DNA of 64,000 bases, taken from contig OU015569.1 in NCBI GenBank assembly GCA_907165135.1, positions 5,394,001 through 5,458,000 of the forward strand, given 5' to 3'. The notes under the pieces were generated by a model. The model was not told where the DNA came from and ran no database searches. It saw only the letters and a program-made list of their open reading frames with translations. Every line of letters starts with the position of its first letter. Position 1 is the stretch's first letter. Below, piece by piece: positions 35,641 through 49,079 of the stretch. The position numbers and the translations under genes were made by a program. Source of the stretch: Oikopleura dioica. Lineage: Eukaryota > Animalia > Chordata.

Positions 35641-38600
35641 TTAGGTTGAGATTGAAAACTGCTTGGTTTGGCGACGGCGGCGCTGGAACAATAGACACAC
35701 AATCACGATAAAGAATATCACCAACACAACAAGTACTGTTAAGGGATTTATTTATCGAGCAAAGAAAGGGTCTTGGAATTGCTATCTACTGAGCATTAAT
35801 ATTTACGTTCAGGTAACTGCGAAATCCGTTAGGGTCATCTTTCGAGTGATGCTACTTGAGATATGGTTTTATTTTATTAACAATGAAACCGCTTTTGGAG
35901 TCTCTGTCCTTATCACTCCTAAATTGGCAGGAGAAAAGCGAAGCAGTCCTCGAAGATTTGCTTATTCTTATTTTGGAAATGGAACTTATCTCCATCTCTT
36001 GGAGCTATTTGCCAAATAGCGCTTTACTTGAGAATGTTCTTTTCAAGTGAATGTTAATCCCGTTCCTGTTAGAATCATCGCACCTAACCGGTCAATAATA
36101 ATTTCCGGGGCTTCTTCGACTTCGTGGATGAGAATATGAACACTAGAATGGTTGTTAAACAGCTATTAAACCAGTGACGAACAGAAATGTATTCTATCGT
36201 TGATCTCTAACGACGAATGACGTAGTATCTGACCTAGAGAGTTGAGAGAACTGGGGCAAATTGTTCATTAGTGGAGCAGAATTCGCCGCTTTGAGCTGTG
36301 GGCCATTTTCTTCCATCAGTTCTTCCCACTCATCGTCGTAAACGATCTCGGTGCCGTTTAGCTGCTCATAGAGTAGGAATTCTTCGTACTCGTTAACTAC
36401 CTTTTCGTGGCCGCATGAGGGCAAACATGTCCGCCTCAGACAGGCTTTCACCTAAATATGCATCACCACATTGTCGCCTTTACAGCGCATTAAATCCTAA
36501 CGGATAACTCGTGTTAGCTGACCAAAATAATCACCCATTTTCTTTTTAAACACTTTATTTCTTTCAAGTTGACTCATTTACCTGGCATTGGAGATAGACA
36601 TGTTCTGAGCCGACGAATTTGAAAACAGGAATGGAAAAGTGCACTCTATTCGACTCGCCATTATCGACTACGGAAAACTCGATCCCTTCTTTCCTAAAAA
36701 AGAACGTAAAAGCTGCGGCGCATTATGGAACTCTCCCGAGTGCCCTTTAATAATTAGCATGAACCTCAACCCTTTTAATGATCTGCTCTCGGATTTTACC
36801 TTAGAGAGTCATCCATGCATCCTCCGGAGACGAGATCAAGTCGCAAGTCAGAATAATCGTTCGGCACAGCCCAGCATCTATCAACAAAGAGATAGGCTTC
36901 TTCTGTAGGCGCTCGCATCAACTAGAAGTTTTAACGTGAGTCTCGAGCTCGAATACAAGCGCTTTAAAATCGCACACACTTCTTCAGGTTATCAAAGAGA
37001 TGATTCTAGCTACTCGATGTCCGGATTCGCACCGCAGATTAACGGATCGGGGGATGGAGGGATACCCAACTAGAGATTAGAGGGTCTAGAATCCGCGAAC
37101 ATGTGTTCTGCCAGAAGAACTTTGTTTCCGTACACTGCATTTACCTCCAGTCCAATATGTAGCTTCTCGTTCGTTTGAAGAGTAGGCAGCGATTCGAATC
37201 TGTTTCCAAAGGGGCGATCTTTGAAGATGTCCATCCGGGCCCAGATCAAGTCTTTTCCGACTCCGCTTTTTGAGGTTACTTTAAACGTGGCGATTTTCAT
37301 TGACAAATTTAATGTTGACAATTTTAGATTTAAGAAGGCAATCCAAAAGAGGCTTATTTCCGCGAAAATTCGTTTTGAGTTTCGATCTAAAATCTAACGA
37401 AGCGTAACGCGTTGGTGACAACATGAGCCAACCGCCGGTGAGACAAGCTGGCCACTATTGGGCTCCGAGTAAATATCAACTAAGGTGCCACTGATATGCT
37501 CCTGGCCATAGACGCGAACACCGCTGAACAAAAATACTGACTATGGCTCTCTAAGCCTTCGTAATTCACCCTCGGCGAGATTAGAACTCGCGAATTTCGA
37601 ATCAAAAACGTGCGTCGTCATTACAGATCTTTTTCGAATACAATTTTGTGCTCAGTACAGAAATTCGATATTAAGGTTTTTCTGTCTGCGGAACCTTATA
37701 GTTTCAAAATGAGGCAAGTAGTGTTTGTTTGAAAGTGAGTCAGATTGTTCAACAACGGTATGACTTTGGGTAGCTTAGAGGTGTAGCTTAGGTGTTGCAA
37801 ATGATTCGTTTATGCAACCGCAATGCGAGCAACAAAAAATGCTCGAGCGAGGTTAGAAAGATTTCTCTTGTTAAATGAGATTTCCACTTGTGGGAATAGG
37901 TGCACTACCAACTGTGCATAATCCAATTAAAGCGACTCTTAGTTTAGTAACCTTTACCCATAAGTCTCGATGGGCTCCCATGTTCGGCCCTCCATTGCAT
38001 CGTTCAGCATCTAAAAGAAGAGTCAAATATCCGGAGGTGGGGTCGACTTTGACGCACTAAAAACTTAATTGCGAGAAAATTGTGAGAAATTGAAACTCTC
38101 TTCATTTGCGCAAGTTGTTCCGTATTTTGAGTACTCTGCCAGTACTTACACAATGCTTACTCGATCACTTATAGCTTAATTGCGAACGTGGCCGAACAGG
38201 AAATTCATATTTCCGACGAGTTTGTAGAACGCTTTTGAATCGACAAAATAATATGAAAAAAGAGGTACGTAACGGAGCTGAGCTGGATTTTAATCATATA
38301 ATCCCGCTGCTCCATTATTATCGCTCGCTTACTGGTGTCGATGACTACAACCGCGTTAAATCAAAGCTCAATTAATACCCGACACCACTACCGTAAGCCA
38401 TGTGGCGAAGGGATTTGAAGAGATCAGAAGTCTTCCTTCAGATTAGGAACTTGTCAAAAGCGAAAAAGAGATCTACTCTTTTATACAGAAAAGCACTTTG
38501 AATTCTCCTCCCTTTCTGATAACGATATGAACATTTTAAAAGCTCTTGAAATAGCATGGGAAATGGTATTTGTGTCGCAGGTTGTAGAATTTCTTTGTAA

Positions 38601-41600
38601 ACGCAAATAGAACTAAATTGAGTAGAGCGGAGAAAAAAATCTGATTGAGAACTGTCCGCTGCCACCGCCACAGAAATTATAGACGTCAATTTAGCCATAT
38701 TGGATAATGCTGCTAGGAACGAGAGCAATATTCGCAAAACGTGGATGTTGATTGTTCGACTACAATAAAAAAAAAAGAAAAAGAAAGGAGAAGAGATCAA
38801 GAACGAGTTTAGAAATTCTCATTGTAAATCGGCCCTTCAATCTACACGTGAAAATGCATTATGTTTCTTGCGAAAAGAAGTAAATTTGGAAGGTCTGATT
38901 CCCCTGCTACTATATAATTCCAGAGCTCGGGCGTCTTTTAATGGTTTCGACTGGTGCCACATTGCAAAGCGCACAGCCGCAAATCACAGATTCAAGGCCG
39001 TAATTAGCACATAGGATGTGTTGCACGTTGGAAAAGTGTCTTGCAATGTGAAGAGTACCGTAACCGTGTGTCTACGGATGAATACGAGAAGAAGGCTCTC
39101 GCCCTCAAAATAAATCAAGAGAAAACGTAAAAATAGGTTCACAGGACGCTTATTCGAGGCTCATGAAAACGAAAAGTTCTCTTGGGCTGCTCCAGAAAGC
39201 GATAAAAGCCCGTCAGGTTGATAACCAGTCCGGACGCTTGGGCAAGGGAAAGATTAATGCGTTAGAATAGTAGTCGCTAAAGGATGTTCTAGCGTTTTGA
39301 AAAGTGAGTCAAGGCAATGAATGAACTTAGGTGAGCAAGAAATAATATCTCGGACGGTGATCAAGTACCTTTGTCAGAGCTAGGCCGTGATCAAGGGTGT
39401 TCATTGCGTTCCAATTTCATTAGATAAGGAGTCCGCGGTTGATTAGACCGCCTCGCAGAAAAAACGCTAGATAGTCGGCTATAAATCGAGGAGCCGCCTT
39501 TTTCGTATTTATCGCGAGTCTCCAGAAAAGAATGATAACGCTTAGTTGCCAAAGCAGGCATAAAAGGTTTGACTTACCGGGATGGATGGAGAATCATAGT
39601 AGAGCGAGGTACGCAGTTCGTCTTCGTTGAAGATGCATCCTATTCGTCCAGAGAACACCTCGGGTGCTTTTATTGCTGGTCAAAACGGGCCTTTCGATAA
39701 TCCCAAGCAGAGACTTGTTAGATTGGTATTTAGACAAAGAGCCATACGCTTGTGTTCAAGTGGCCATTTCTGCGAGTAGTCCTAGAACTAGCACTATAGA
39801 AGTGAGGTTCTTTCAGGAATAATTTAACTTCTCAATACACGGGCGCGCGACTAAGCGCTCAAAACACGGGGTCGGGTGAGGGGACCACAATGCATTATTC
39901 AGCCCCGCGCGGCGCGCAAAATTCGGAGTGTGATAAAGTGCGCTCAAGACTTTAAGCTCTAACTTGCGTTTCCGGCAAGCAAAAAAGTTACTATACATAT
40001 CGATGGAAAGCTTGAACACTCACCTATCAAGATTTACAATTGATTTTGCAAAACACTTTTTGGATTTACGGCTGGAGAGTGAAAGATAAATCCAGTGCAA
40101 AACGCCACCACTTTTGAGAAAACTTCCAAAATTTCACAAAGTGGTTCGTTTTAGTGATCTCAGCTCACATTTCAAAAATCAGGTCAAATGAATTATCACA
40201 AGAGAAATTACGGCGGCTCAAAGTCGCCGTGGTCGGTTCAACCGACCACGTGTATTGAGAAGTTAACATTTCATTTACATGCCATAACTAACCTGAATTA
40301 AACATTACCTAAGCAAAATCGAAACCCGAAAGACCATCCGAAAACCCGCAAAATGTATGAATTGCATAGAAAACTTTAAGAGTCCATGTGTTACCCCTAA
40401 TTTCTTTAAATTTCTGTGAAGCCTAGAGAACCTGTTCTCGGTCAAATGTTCTATTCACAAAATAACTCCTCGTTTTGAATGCAGTGAGAAGCGCGAGAAT
40501 CATTTATGTTCAAAAATGCTACCGCGTAAAATAATTCCGCGTATAATCAAGTAAATAGCTGGGAACATTTTTGACACGTGGTTGTAATACCACTTTCTTG
40601 TAAAAATCTACAATCTCAAGCGAGGCTTGTTTACGCGCCATTCGCGAGGTTGGAAGGCGAACTCGTCATATTTTCAAGGAAATTATTCATAAATAGCAAT
40701 TAACAACTTTTTCAGATAATTCTTCAAAATCGGCCCCAAAAGGTCTGGGGCGAACGAAATTAGCCGACTGAGGCTGATTAATAGAATTTGCTCCTCTTTT
40801 CAGGAGTCGAAATCAGGTTTGGCCACGTAATATCATCCGCTTTCTCCCTGGCGACGGAAAGGCCGCAGAATATTTTCTCAGAATCAAAATTTTTTTTCAT
40901 AAAAAGACAAATTAGAAAATCTAGAGCCGCCGCAGAGCAAAAACTCGCGACCATCCCAGACAGGCGCAAAAGCCAAGAACACGTATTTTTCCAGCGCCTG
41001 ATTTTGATTTCTAATCAGAAGCAACGCGCAAGCTTAAATTATACTTTAATGATGTAAATATTCACTTCTGATTAACGACTTGATGTGGGGCTTCTCTGAA
41101 TGGAGCTAAATTTACTTTTTGAAAGAAAAAATTCGACTTTCATTTTGATAGCTTATTTTGATGATTGCCAAACTAAACGGCCCTGTTCGAGAAACGGGAG
41201 GATAATTTTAGCGCGAGGCTTTTTCGGCAGCTTTAAACAAATTCTACTTAGAAAGCCTTTTATTTTTTTGTCCTTGCGTTACGTTTAATGGGGCGCTGTA
41301 AATGGAGAAAGTGGGGCAAAAACTACATGCTTGAGAAATCAAGCACTCGCGTTTGTGATCGATTTGCATAATTATGTAATTGCGACACCGATAAAGTCTC
41401 GTAAGGGCCGCCCGTACGTGTATCTCGGATCACTTTCAAGTGTGTCTTATCACTTTGCACAGCGAAAGAACTAAAATTCGGAGATAAAGTTTAAGAGGAT
41501 TTTAAAAATTTATATCGATCATTTCGATTTTAGATCGCCAAGAAATTATCCCCTTTCCCCCACTTTCCGAGTAGAAATTAGAATGTCCTGTGATTCGTGT

Positions 41601-43080
41601 TGCGTTTTGACCACTACCTAGAGCTGTGGCAATGGGCTGGACGATTTCGTTCATCAAAACAAGATGAGTGGAGTTGATGGTCAGCGAACTTCCGCAAGCA
41701 GTCGGAGGGCGAATCTGAATTAGATTTTCGGTTAGTCTCGGGTCGACTGTATATGTTCTTATACGTAATGAGTGATAATCGCAATGGTGATTATCTCGGA
41801 ATTGAGAGTCCACCATTTTCGTAAAAGATGAAATCTGAGCAAAAAGAAAACAGAAAGGCGTATTTAAAATGGCAACAATCTAAGTCGATGGATTACCGAC
41901 AAAGCAGATTATAAAAAGGAACCAATCGCGTCAACCGTCTTTAGAAGCACAAGAAGACTTCCAGAAGCAATGCCAAAAATGCTCACTTAAAATTAACATT
42001 CAAATGAGCCAAGCGAATTTCATTTTCAGGCGAATCACGTTATCTTCTGAGACTGGTCATCTCTATTTATTCTTGGTTTGAAACGCAAAACATAACGTTC
42101 AATAAGAAGCTTCGAGCTTTGGAATTAAACGTAACCAGCGCAATGTATTTATATATCAATCACTCGATTCCACTAAGTCAGGGTAACTTTGGATTTGAAA
42201 TAAGTAGATCTACAGTCGATAGATAATTTCAGTCCTTTTCAATTCTTATCATGAATATTTAGCGAAAGAATTTTGACGATCCTAGAATCTAGGACCTAGA
42301 TTCTGAAATTTAACTTGCATTTTCAAAGATTGCGGACCTTGACATTGCCCGAAAAAGAAGTCTCGCGGCGGAATGTTTCTGGTAATTTTGGCTGATTATC
42401 TGGTTCGATTGGTTCCAGCGAGTAAACACGCATTAACTAGAAGTGTATTTTCCCCACTTTGTCTTTGCGCTGGCAATTTTGAGCAAGCTACTTTGTTATT
42501 GACGAGTGCCCTTGTCTAGGTCATTAATACGCTTCTCTGTTGCGAAATGGTACCTGAATCTGCTGGGCATTTCGCGAGATCGGCTCAAGGCGGCAGCCAG
42601 GATCTTTCAGGTGAAAAGGCGTGTTTGGGAGCGCTCCTTCTAATGTGACGATCACTTCTTCGGCCGAGCACTTCACATCGACGTGGATCTCGTCGTTAAC
42701 AGCCTTCCATCGGTCGTACTCCGCTGCTGTCACGATTCGTCGACCGACGGTGCTCTCTTCTGTGATAGAAACCATTCTTCCTCCTAAATTCATTTAATTT
42801 CTATTTCGATTTTTTTAATAGCTAAAGAAGTTTCTTTTGCAAAGTCAGCGCTTCTAAAATTTCTATAAATTAGATTTGATTTTTGAGACGCGATGATCCC
42901 GCTCGTTGAAATGGGCGCTTTAGTCGAGCTTTGTGCACCTGGAAACGATGCCCAGCTCGGGCTCTTCCAGGTGGCTTGCAGAAGAGTATTCTTATCGCGC
43001 CTGATAGGACTATTTGGAGATAACGTCACCAAAATTAACACGACTCCTTCTAGGGTAGATGTCTCCGCAAGGAGCAAGTG
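35641..43080 (-). CDS. Single-pass ZP-domain protein with unusually long introns
   Basis: ZP-N: VKCSAEEVIVTL...HLKDPGC...IQ|IRPPTACGSSLTINSTHLVLMNEI...GIISWR (42560-42790, 41500-41716). ZP-C: MDIFKD...LHIGLE|...LFVDRCWAVP...GGC|...VVDNGESNRVHFSIPVFKFVGSEHVYLQCQ|VKAC...CLPSC (36200-37320). TM IPLTVLVVLVIFFIVIVCLLF plus RRRRQ tail, stop at 35641. Joining ZP-N to ZP-C across ~4 kb is an inference. Confidence 0.75.
39824..40266. mobile_element. MITE with perfect 18-bp terminal inverted repeat including TTAA, inside the ZP-gene intron
   Basis: TTAACTTCTCAATACACG (39824-39841) and CGTGTATTGAGAAGTTAA (40249-40266) are exact reverse complements, and complementarity stops on both sides. Confidence 0.75.
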
Positions 43081-45974
43081 TCAAACAATGAGGATTTAGA
43101 ATTCATGAGACGCGCTTTTACCACCCTTTTATCGCAAATTTAACTACAAGGATTTTATCAGTGAAGAAAAAAAGGCTCAGAAAACTCTCTTCTTGAATAG
43201 AGACAATTTTGAAATTTGAAACAAATTAACGCTTTAGGTCCAAATTGAATGTAAAATTAGTTTGAATTCAAATAATCCAAGGTTCTGGTTAGTTTGATCG
43301 CGGCTCGCTTTTTTGACTCGTAATGAAATAATAACTCTGGTTTCTTGGGCAAAAATTTTTGTAACATTGCGGCTTATTAGAACAAGCGGGTCATGTTATG
43401 AGCATGGTCGGCGAAGGGAAAGTAGGAATAGGTGCTCCACGTGTTGCTTGGATTTTAGAAAATCCAGAACAAGGTATTTGGTTGCAGAGTTTGCATCTAA
43501 CTCCATTCGGACTACTGCCGCTAAATGACAAGCAACTTATGAGTTGTCTCTTCCGTACAAGCCCACTTGCGAGCTGAATAGGGACTGGTGACTTCAGGGA
43601 AGCGGAACTCGCTCGCTAGTTTTCCCGACCGCAACTCTTCATTCTTACTGATAATTTTACGGAAGGATTTTTTAACCGCCTTATCAGTTTTTCATTATAT
43701 GAGAAAAAATTTTGAGGACAAGATCAAAAAATCCTCTTAGAACAAAAATGTTTTTATGATAAGAGAAAAAGGCTATTTTAAGAAAGGTGGCCAACTTTTA
43801 GCTGTTCATGGAGTATCATCGCGTTAAAAAAAAAACATATTGATTACCCCCAAATGGGGATACAGACGTTAGCCACGAAGATCCTCCGTGCCAAGTTCTA
43901 AACAGGTATGGGATGAGGCGTCGTCTCCAGTTTTGGCGAGGAGGCACTTTCCCGCGTCGATTTCACGCAATCGGTGCGAAGTGTCCAGCACACACGCGCA
44001 GGGCTGGGCCAGCAACTCTATTCAAACCAGATTGGCGCGAAATTTAACCGCGCGGTCCGCACTCAAATTCAATTCGCCTTCCCTCTTTCCTTTTTTTCTT
44101 TAGATGCGTAACTGTAGCTTATAGTCAAAATTAGCAAAACTGATAGAAAAATAAAGAGCAAAAGACGTGCATTCTACCGCTATTTATGCGAAAGTGATTG
44201 AGTGATAACAAAAAAGCTGCGCTGAAGAGTACTTAGCGATAGGGAACGTTAGCGCATATCAGCATGGGAAGTGGCCCAGATTTGCGGCACCTTCTGCTTT
44301 GGAGAGAAATGTACACACGTTTTACGCCACTAATTGCAATAATTATTTTACAGTGTTATTCGTTGATATTGAGTGGTGGTAATTGAAGGCAGTTGTGTTT
44401 ACATATTTTGAGTTAACAAGAAAAGCGTGAAAATATCTTTCAAGCGCGGTCTAATTGATTCTTCTATTTTCGAGACAATGTTATTGGCTAAATAATAGAT
44501 TTTATTTCGACACCTATTTAATGCACAGTCATTGCTGAAGACTCGAAAGCTCAATTACCATTATCTCTTGCTTATTGGCATCTATAAAGCAACGAAATTG
44601 TTGCATAAGTAATTTTTATTAAGCAATATTTAAATTTAAAACTATTTTTTTTCCATGCAAAGAAAAACTGTAAAAACTCACTGTGTTCTCAAAGAAATTC
44701 TTCTTCCGCGATCGAAGGAAATGTAAAAATCTCTATGTTTTTGAAACCTCACAAAAGTGTTTAAAAAAGTAAGTAAAAATAGTTCGCAAGTTTGTTCCCA
44801 AGAGTCGGTAAAATTGTCAGAAGCTAGGATCATCGCCAGAAAGTTGCGCATGTGCGCGCGTTTCTCGCGCCGCCAGGTGGCGTCTTTCTTTTGCGCCGTG
44901 AGTACTTACTACTGCCCTCGCACTTTCCTAAAATCGGACAATTTTTTTATCAGTTTCAAGTCACGAACATCTTCAGTATTTTCTTGCTTGTAAATATCAA
45001 ACAAGCAAGCTTGAACCCAGCTTTCAAAAAACTCTCGATCGATTCAAATGAATAAATTTCAACATTTGAAAAACCTTTGAATAGATCTCTTATCAGCATC
45101 AAGCACTCATTATCGCTTATAGTACAGTCGTCACTTTACTTACTGAGTTTAATTGTCATTAAACGTGCTGCTGGTAATTGAAGATTATTATGGTGATATA
45201 CAACTCCTAAACAGTAGAACCGCCTTTTATATTTAAAAAAGTCAGGGAGATATATCTAAGTGCAAACCCTAACCGGTTCCAGGGAGCTGAATTTTGAGGC
45301 CGCACTACGATGTATACTAATATAAATGATATTTGATAACTAAGATTTCTCCAGCAAATGAAATCATTTAGAAGTTTCATGATTCTGCGCAAGGTTTCGA
45401 TTAGCCTGATGGGAAACGATCTTCCCATCTCAGAGTGGCGAGTATCCAACTTGGAAATTGCATAATTAACTGCTTTACAAAAAATCTGCGCGTCATGGGT
45501 TTGCATACGACATAGGCGGGCTATTTCGATTATGCATAGTTAAACTGTGTGTAAAACAAATTGAGACTTGGAGGAGGCGGTTTGGTGGAGCAGCGGAGTA
45601 CAGCATTTGCCAATATTTCAAAGCCGATTTACTATGCGCCTGCCGTTATGCATCCACGACAAAAAGTGATAAGGCGCCACGACTCCCGCTCAGTCCAAAT
45701 CAAAACAATACTCAAGCACTACACTTTCCGAAATGCACTGGCACAATTCACAAAATCGAATTACTACAGAAGTGCCACTTTTCACGACCACGAAAAATCT
45801 CATAAAAAGTATGTTGTTCGCAGTTTGTTTTGCGAACTACAGCTGAAAACAAGACAAAGCGCAACAATAATATTTCCTTTATATATTTTTAAAAAATGAT
45901 TTGTACTCATCGCATCTGGGTTCCGAATTCTGGAATACTTTCTGGGAGGTGCGTTCATAATCACAACGTTTCAT

Positions 45975-46618
45975 CTATTTTTGCTCATAACTGACGGATG
46001 TGCGCATTGAAAGATTTCTTAAAAAATTTCCCCTGAGACGTGTCGGAAATTCCATCGCCCCGCTACCAAGATGCTGCTTCAGAGAAAGGCATCCGAGCAT
46101 AGTGGTGGAGATGGCGGTTCTAGCGCTGAAAATGCAACATCTCACTCGCATTCCGTTGGGCGGCGAAAGACACACAAGACCAGACCACCTGATAACCATC
46201 GAAAATAGTTAAGATGCTTCTCGGAACTCTCGTCAGGGTTCCAGCTAAATCTTGCATTTGCTTCCAGATCGCTGTTACCGTAAATGGAATTCAGAGAGAG
46301 CAGAAAAATGCATGTGTGAACCAAAATCATAAACAAAAAGCAGCTTGAAGAGATCTTGGAAAGCCTCACATGCCTGATCCATAAGTGTTTGTAAGTTGAT
46401 TTGTTGGGAAAATGGGCGAGAGTTGGATATTCCATGAAAAGTTGTAATCCGCTAGAACGGCTCATGATCCGCTCAATCCAGAAGCATAAACATGCCAACA
46501 CGTACTCACTGCCACAAAGAAACAGAAACGAGCCCCAGACACGTGGGGAAGAGACCAATTGATAACGACGATTATTACTCAAAAATCTCAATGAACAACA
46601 GAAATTTGACAATCTCAT
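45975..46618 (-). CDS. Possible small membrane-protein gene, unresolved
   Basis: Overlapping ORFs 46142-46618 and 45975-46199 include a hydrophobic stretch (SCFLFMILVHTCIFLLSL). No family was recognised and the strand is ambiguous. Confidence 0.2.
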
Positions 46619-47636
46619 AATTTGATGAATTCTGTGAATGAGGAACGCAGCGAAGAGGAAGGAAAATCATCGATCACGAGTCTTTTTCTGGCGCTCTTAG
46701 GTACAAAACTGTAATCGAAGAAATATTCAGAAATTGGATGAAGTTTCGATCGGCGCTCAATGAAGTCACTCTTTCCGGCTTTTCAAGTCTTGCCTCATCC
46801 TCATTATTTTGATTGGGGGTTGAGTCGTTTTCGGCGAAAGATCGTTCCCAAAAGAGTGAATCGAGTTGACGTGCACAGATGAGCCGCTCTCATCAGCCCT
46901 CAAATTAGACACTTTTGACGAAGTTTATTCAGCCCTGGGTCTTCTCGTTTACCTCGGAATCTGTATTTACGACGACTTCAAGCACAAGGCATGGTGAATA
47001 AACTTTTTCTGCGCTGAAAATTGTAACGCGTCTCTATTTCATCATTGTCCTAGGAAATACATCAAATGCACGTCTTTTTTGTTTTCATAACTTCATTTTC
47101 GGGTTACAAATACTACTTACGCTCTTAAACTAATAAGTTTCTTCTGAGTATTATTTTTTCTGTTTTCAACTAGATAATAATTGTGCCCAAAGCATGTAAC
47201 CTTGCAAAGTTCTTCTATACGCTGGCTGGATGACAGATAAATAAAGTTTAGTTCACGTTAACGCCGAAAAGAGTCCGTCATTTCATGAGAATGTGAGGAA
47301 TTTTCGGAAATCAAGTAGAATTTCCGTGGAGCGGGGCGATCTCGAGACTGTGCCTAACCAAAAGTGGTGTAAAAGTGGTTCCCTCTTCGTAAAACCGTGG
47401 TAATACGACGTTGAGTAACGGACGAATATTTTATTAATTGAATATCGCGGTTCGCTACAACCTAATCGCGGCGACACGCCTCAATTCAGTACTTCCTGTG
47501 TTTGAACATGCTCGAGAAAATATGATAAAAATGCTCTTTGTCTTGCAAGGGTCATCAGTAGACAATCGGAGTTATAATGTATAATGAGCACATGAGAATT
47601 AGGTACCTCTTTGTTTGATTGTTTTGAAAATGTTAG

Positions 47637-48195
47637 ATGTGGTCGATTGCAAGGGCTTATAAAACGAAAGAAAAAGTTATTTCGATAAACCAACTAGGCT
47701 ACGTAATCGAAGCGGTCAAAAACCGCGTCTTGGTATTTTCAGGAGGAAGACAGCAAAAGCCCTCGGCGATCGAAGATTTTTCAATCACAATTGCCATGAA
47801 TAAATATCAAATGCTCAAAAGAAAGGATGCAAAGGATTACCTGCATTATTATAAGAACACAAGAGAAGTCTCCGAAAAACATATTTTATGCTCTCCGCTT
47901 TGAATAAAAAAATTGTGTGTTTATTGACAGCATTGGAAAACTCGAGGAAGAGGTGAACTCCAATGTGAACAAGGCGAGGCAATACGTGATTTTCTGAGGC
48001 CAGAGGTTATCTAGCTACAAAAACCTGAAACTGGCAGTAGTACATGGAGGGAAAGAGCTTGTTAGTGTGGCAGAGCAAATCAGCCATTCGGGCCAGCAAG
48101 TGCGCAGTAAAATTCGAATGATAGAAAACAAGGGAGTTAGTTTGTGCACGCTCGGCCTGGCCCGGGTGTTTGATCACCTCCGCTCCCTGAACTGA
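47637..48195 (+). CDS. Possible small orphan multi-exon gene
   Basis: Open exon-like segments (IGKLEEEVNSNVNK; RLSSYKNLKLAVVHGGKELVSVAEQ...LARVFDHLRSLN*) are separated by intron-sized AT-rich gaps. Confidence 0.25.
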
Positions 48196-49020
48196 ATCGG
48201 ACGGGACGTCGTCGAACGCCACGTTGAAGCACAGCAATGTGAACAGGTCAAGGAGTATCCATTTAATCTGGAAGCCGTCAAATCGTCCCGCAGAAAAGAC
48301 AAAATCCATGGACCATGAAATCTTTGTCGCGATGGCAATATGACGGATTTCAGATTTGCAAGTTACTGCGCTAATAAGTGGGGAACTCATATGAGACAAA
48401 AAATAAAAAAAAAACAGAAAGTTGATCCGTAGTCACTGTGACTGGAATGGGGTTCAAGTTGGAACTTTGTTCAGAAATATGATTCGGTAAAAGATCACTT
48501 TAATTTAGTAAAAACACTGTTTTTTTTAGGTTGGCCCATCATTTGTCCTTTATAGGCTCTTAACTGGTAAGAGATAGGACTATATGATCAATAGTAAACT
48601 TGTAGAGGAGGGTTTGGAGGTGGTGCAGAGGGGGTTTAGAAATTCTAGAGGTCACGTGGTTATTACGTAATATGGGGGTAAAGTTGGTAAAGTCGGAATT
48701 GGAGAATTTTAGGCCATATGAACCTTATATTTATAGTTTTTATTAATTATTAATCATGTGACTTAGATGAGTCATCATAGCTCTTCCGGAGGACTCACCT
48801 GGTGGAAGACCGTTCCTGGAAGACAAAAAAAATTTTCTTTTGTATAACAATTAACAATTGCAAAAATTAGAATTTTTGTCATGTGACTTAATCTGACGTC
48901 ACAGAAGTCCTCCGTAGGACTTTTTCCTTGAAAACAAATGGTGGAAGACAAAAAAAAATATAAAAAATGAAAACCATAATTAAGCAAGAAACAAGGGATA
49001 ACCTGAATTTTTATATGCAT

Positions 49021-49040
49021 GGGTGTGGGTGGGGTTGGGG
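49021..49040 (+). other. Canonical G-quadruplex motif
   Basis: GGGTGTGGGTGGGGTTGGGG has four G-runs of 3 or more with 1-3 nt loops. Confidence 0.6.
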
Positions 49041-49079
49041 ACGAAACTGAGAATGATCAACTCAGATTTCCCAGCCTTT

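Noticed and set aside
45380-45545. Claudin/PMP22-like GGLFRLC motif on the + strand
   Set aside because: No preceding TM1 or following TM2-4 helices could be assembled; probably chance.
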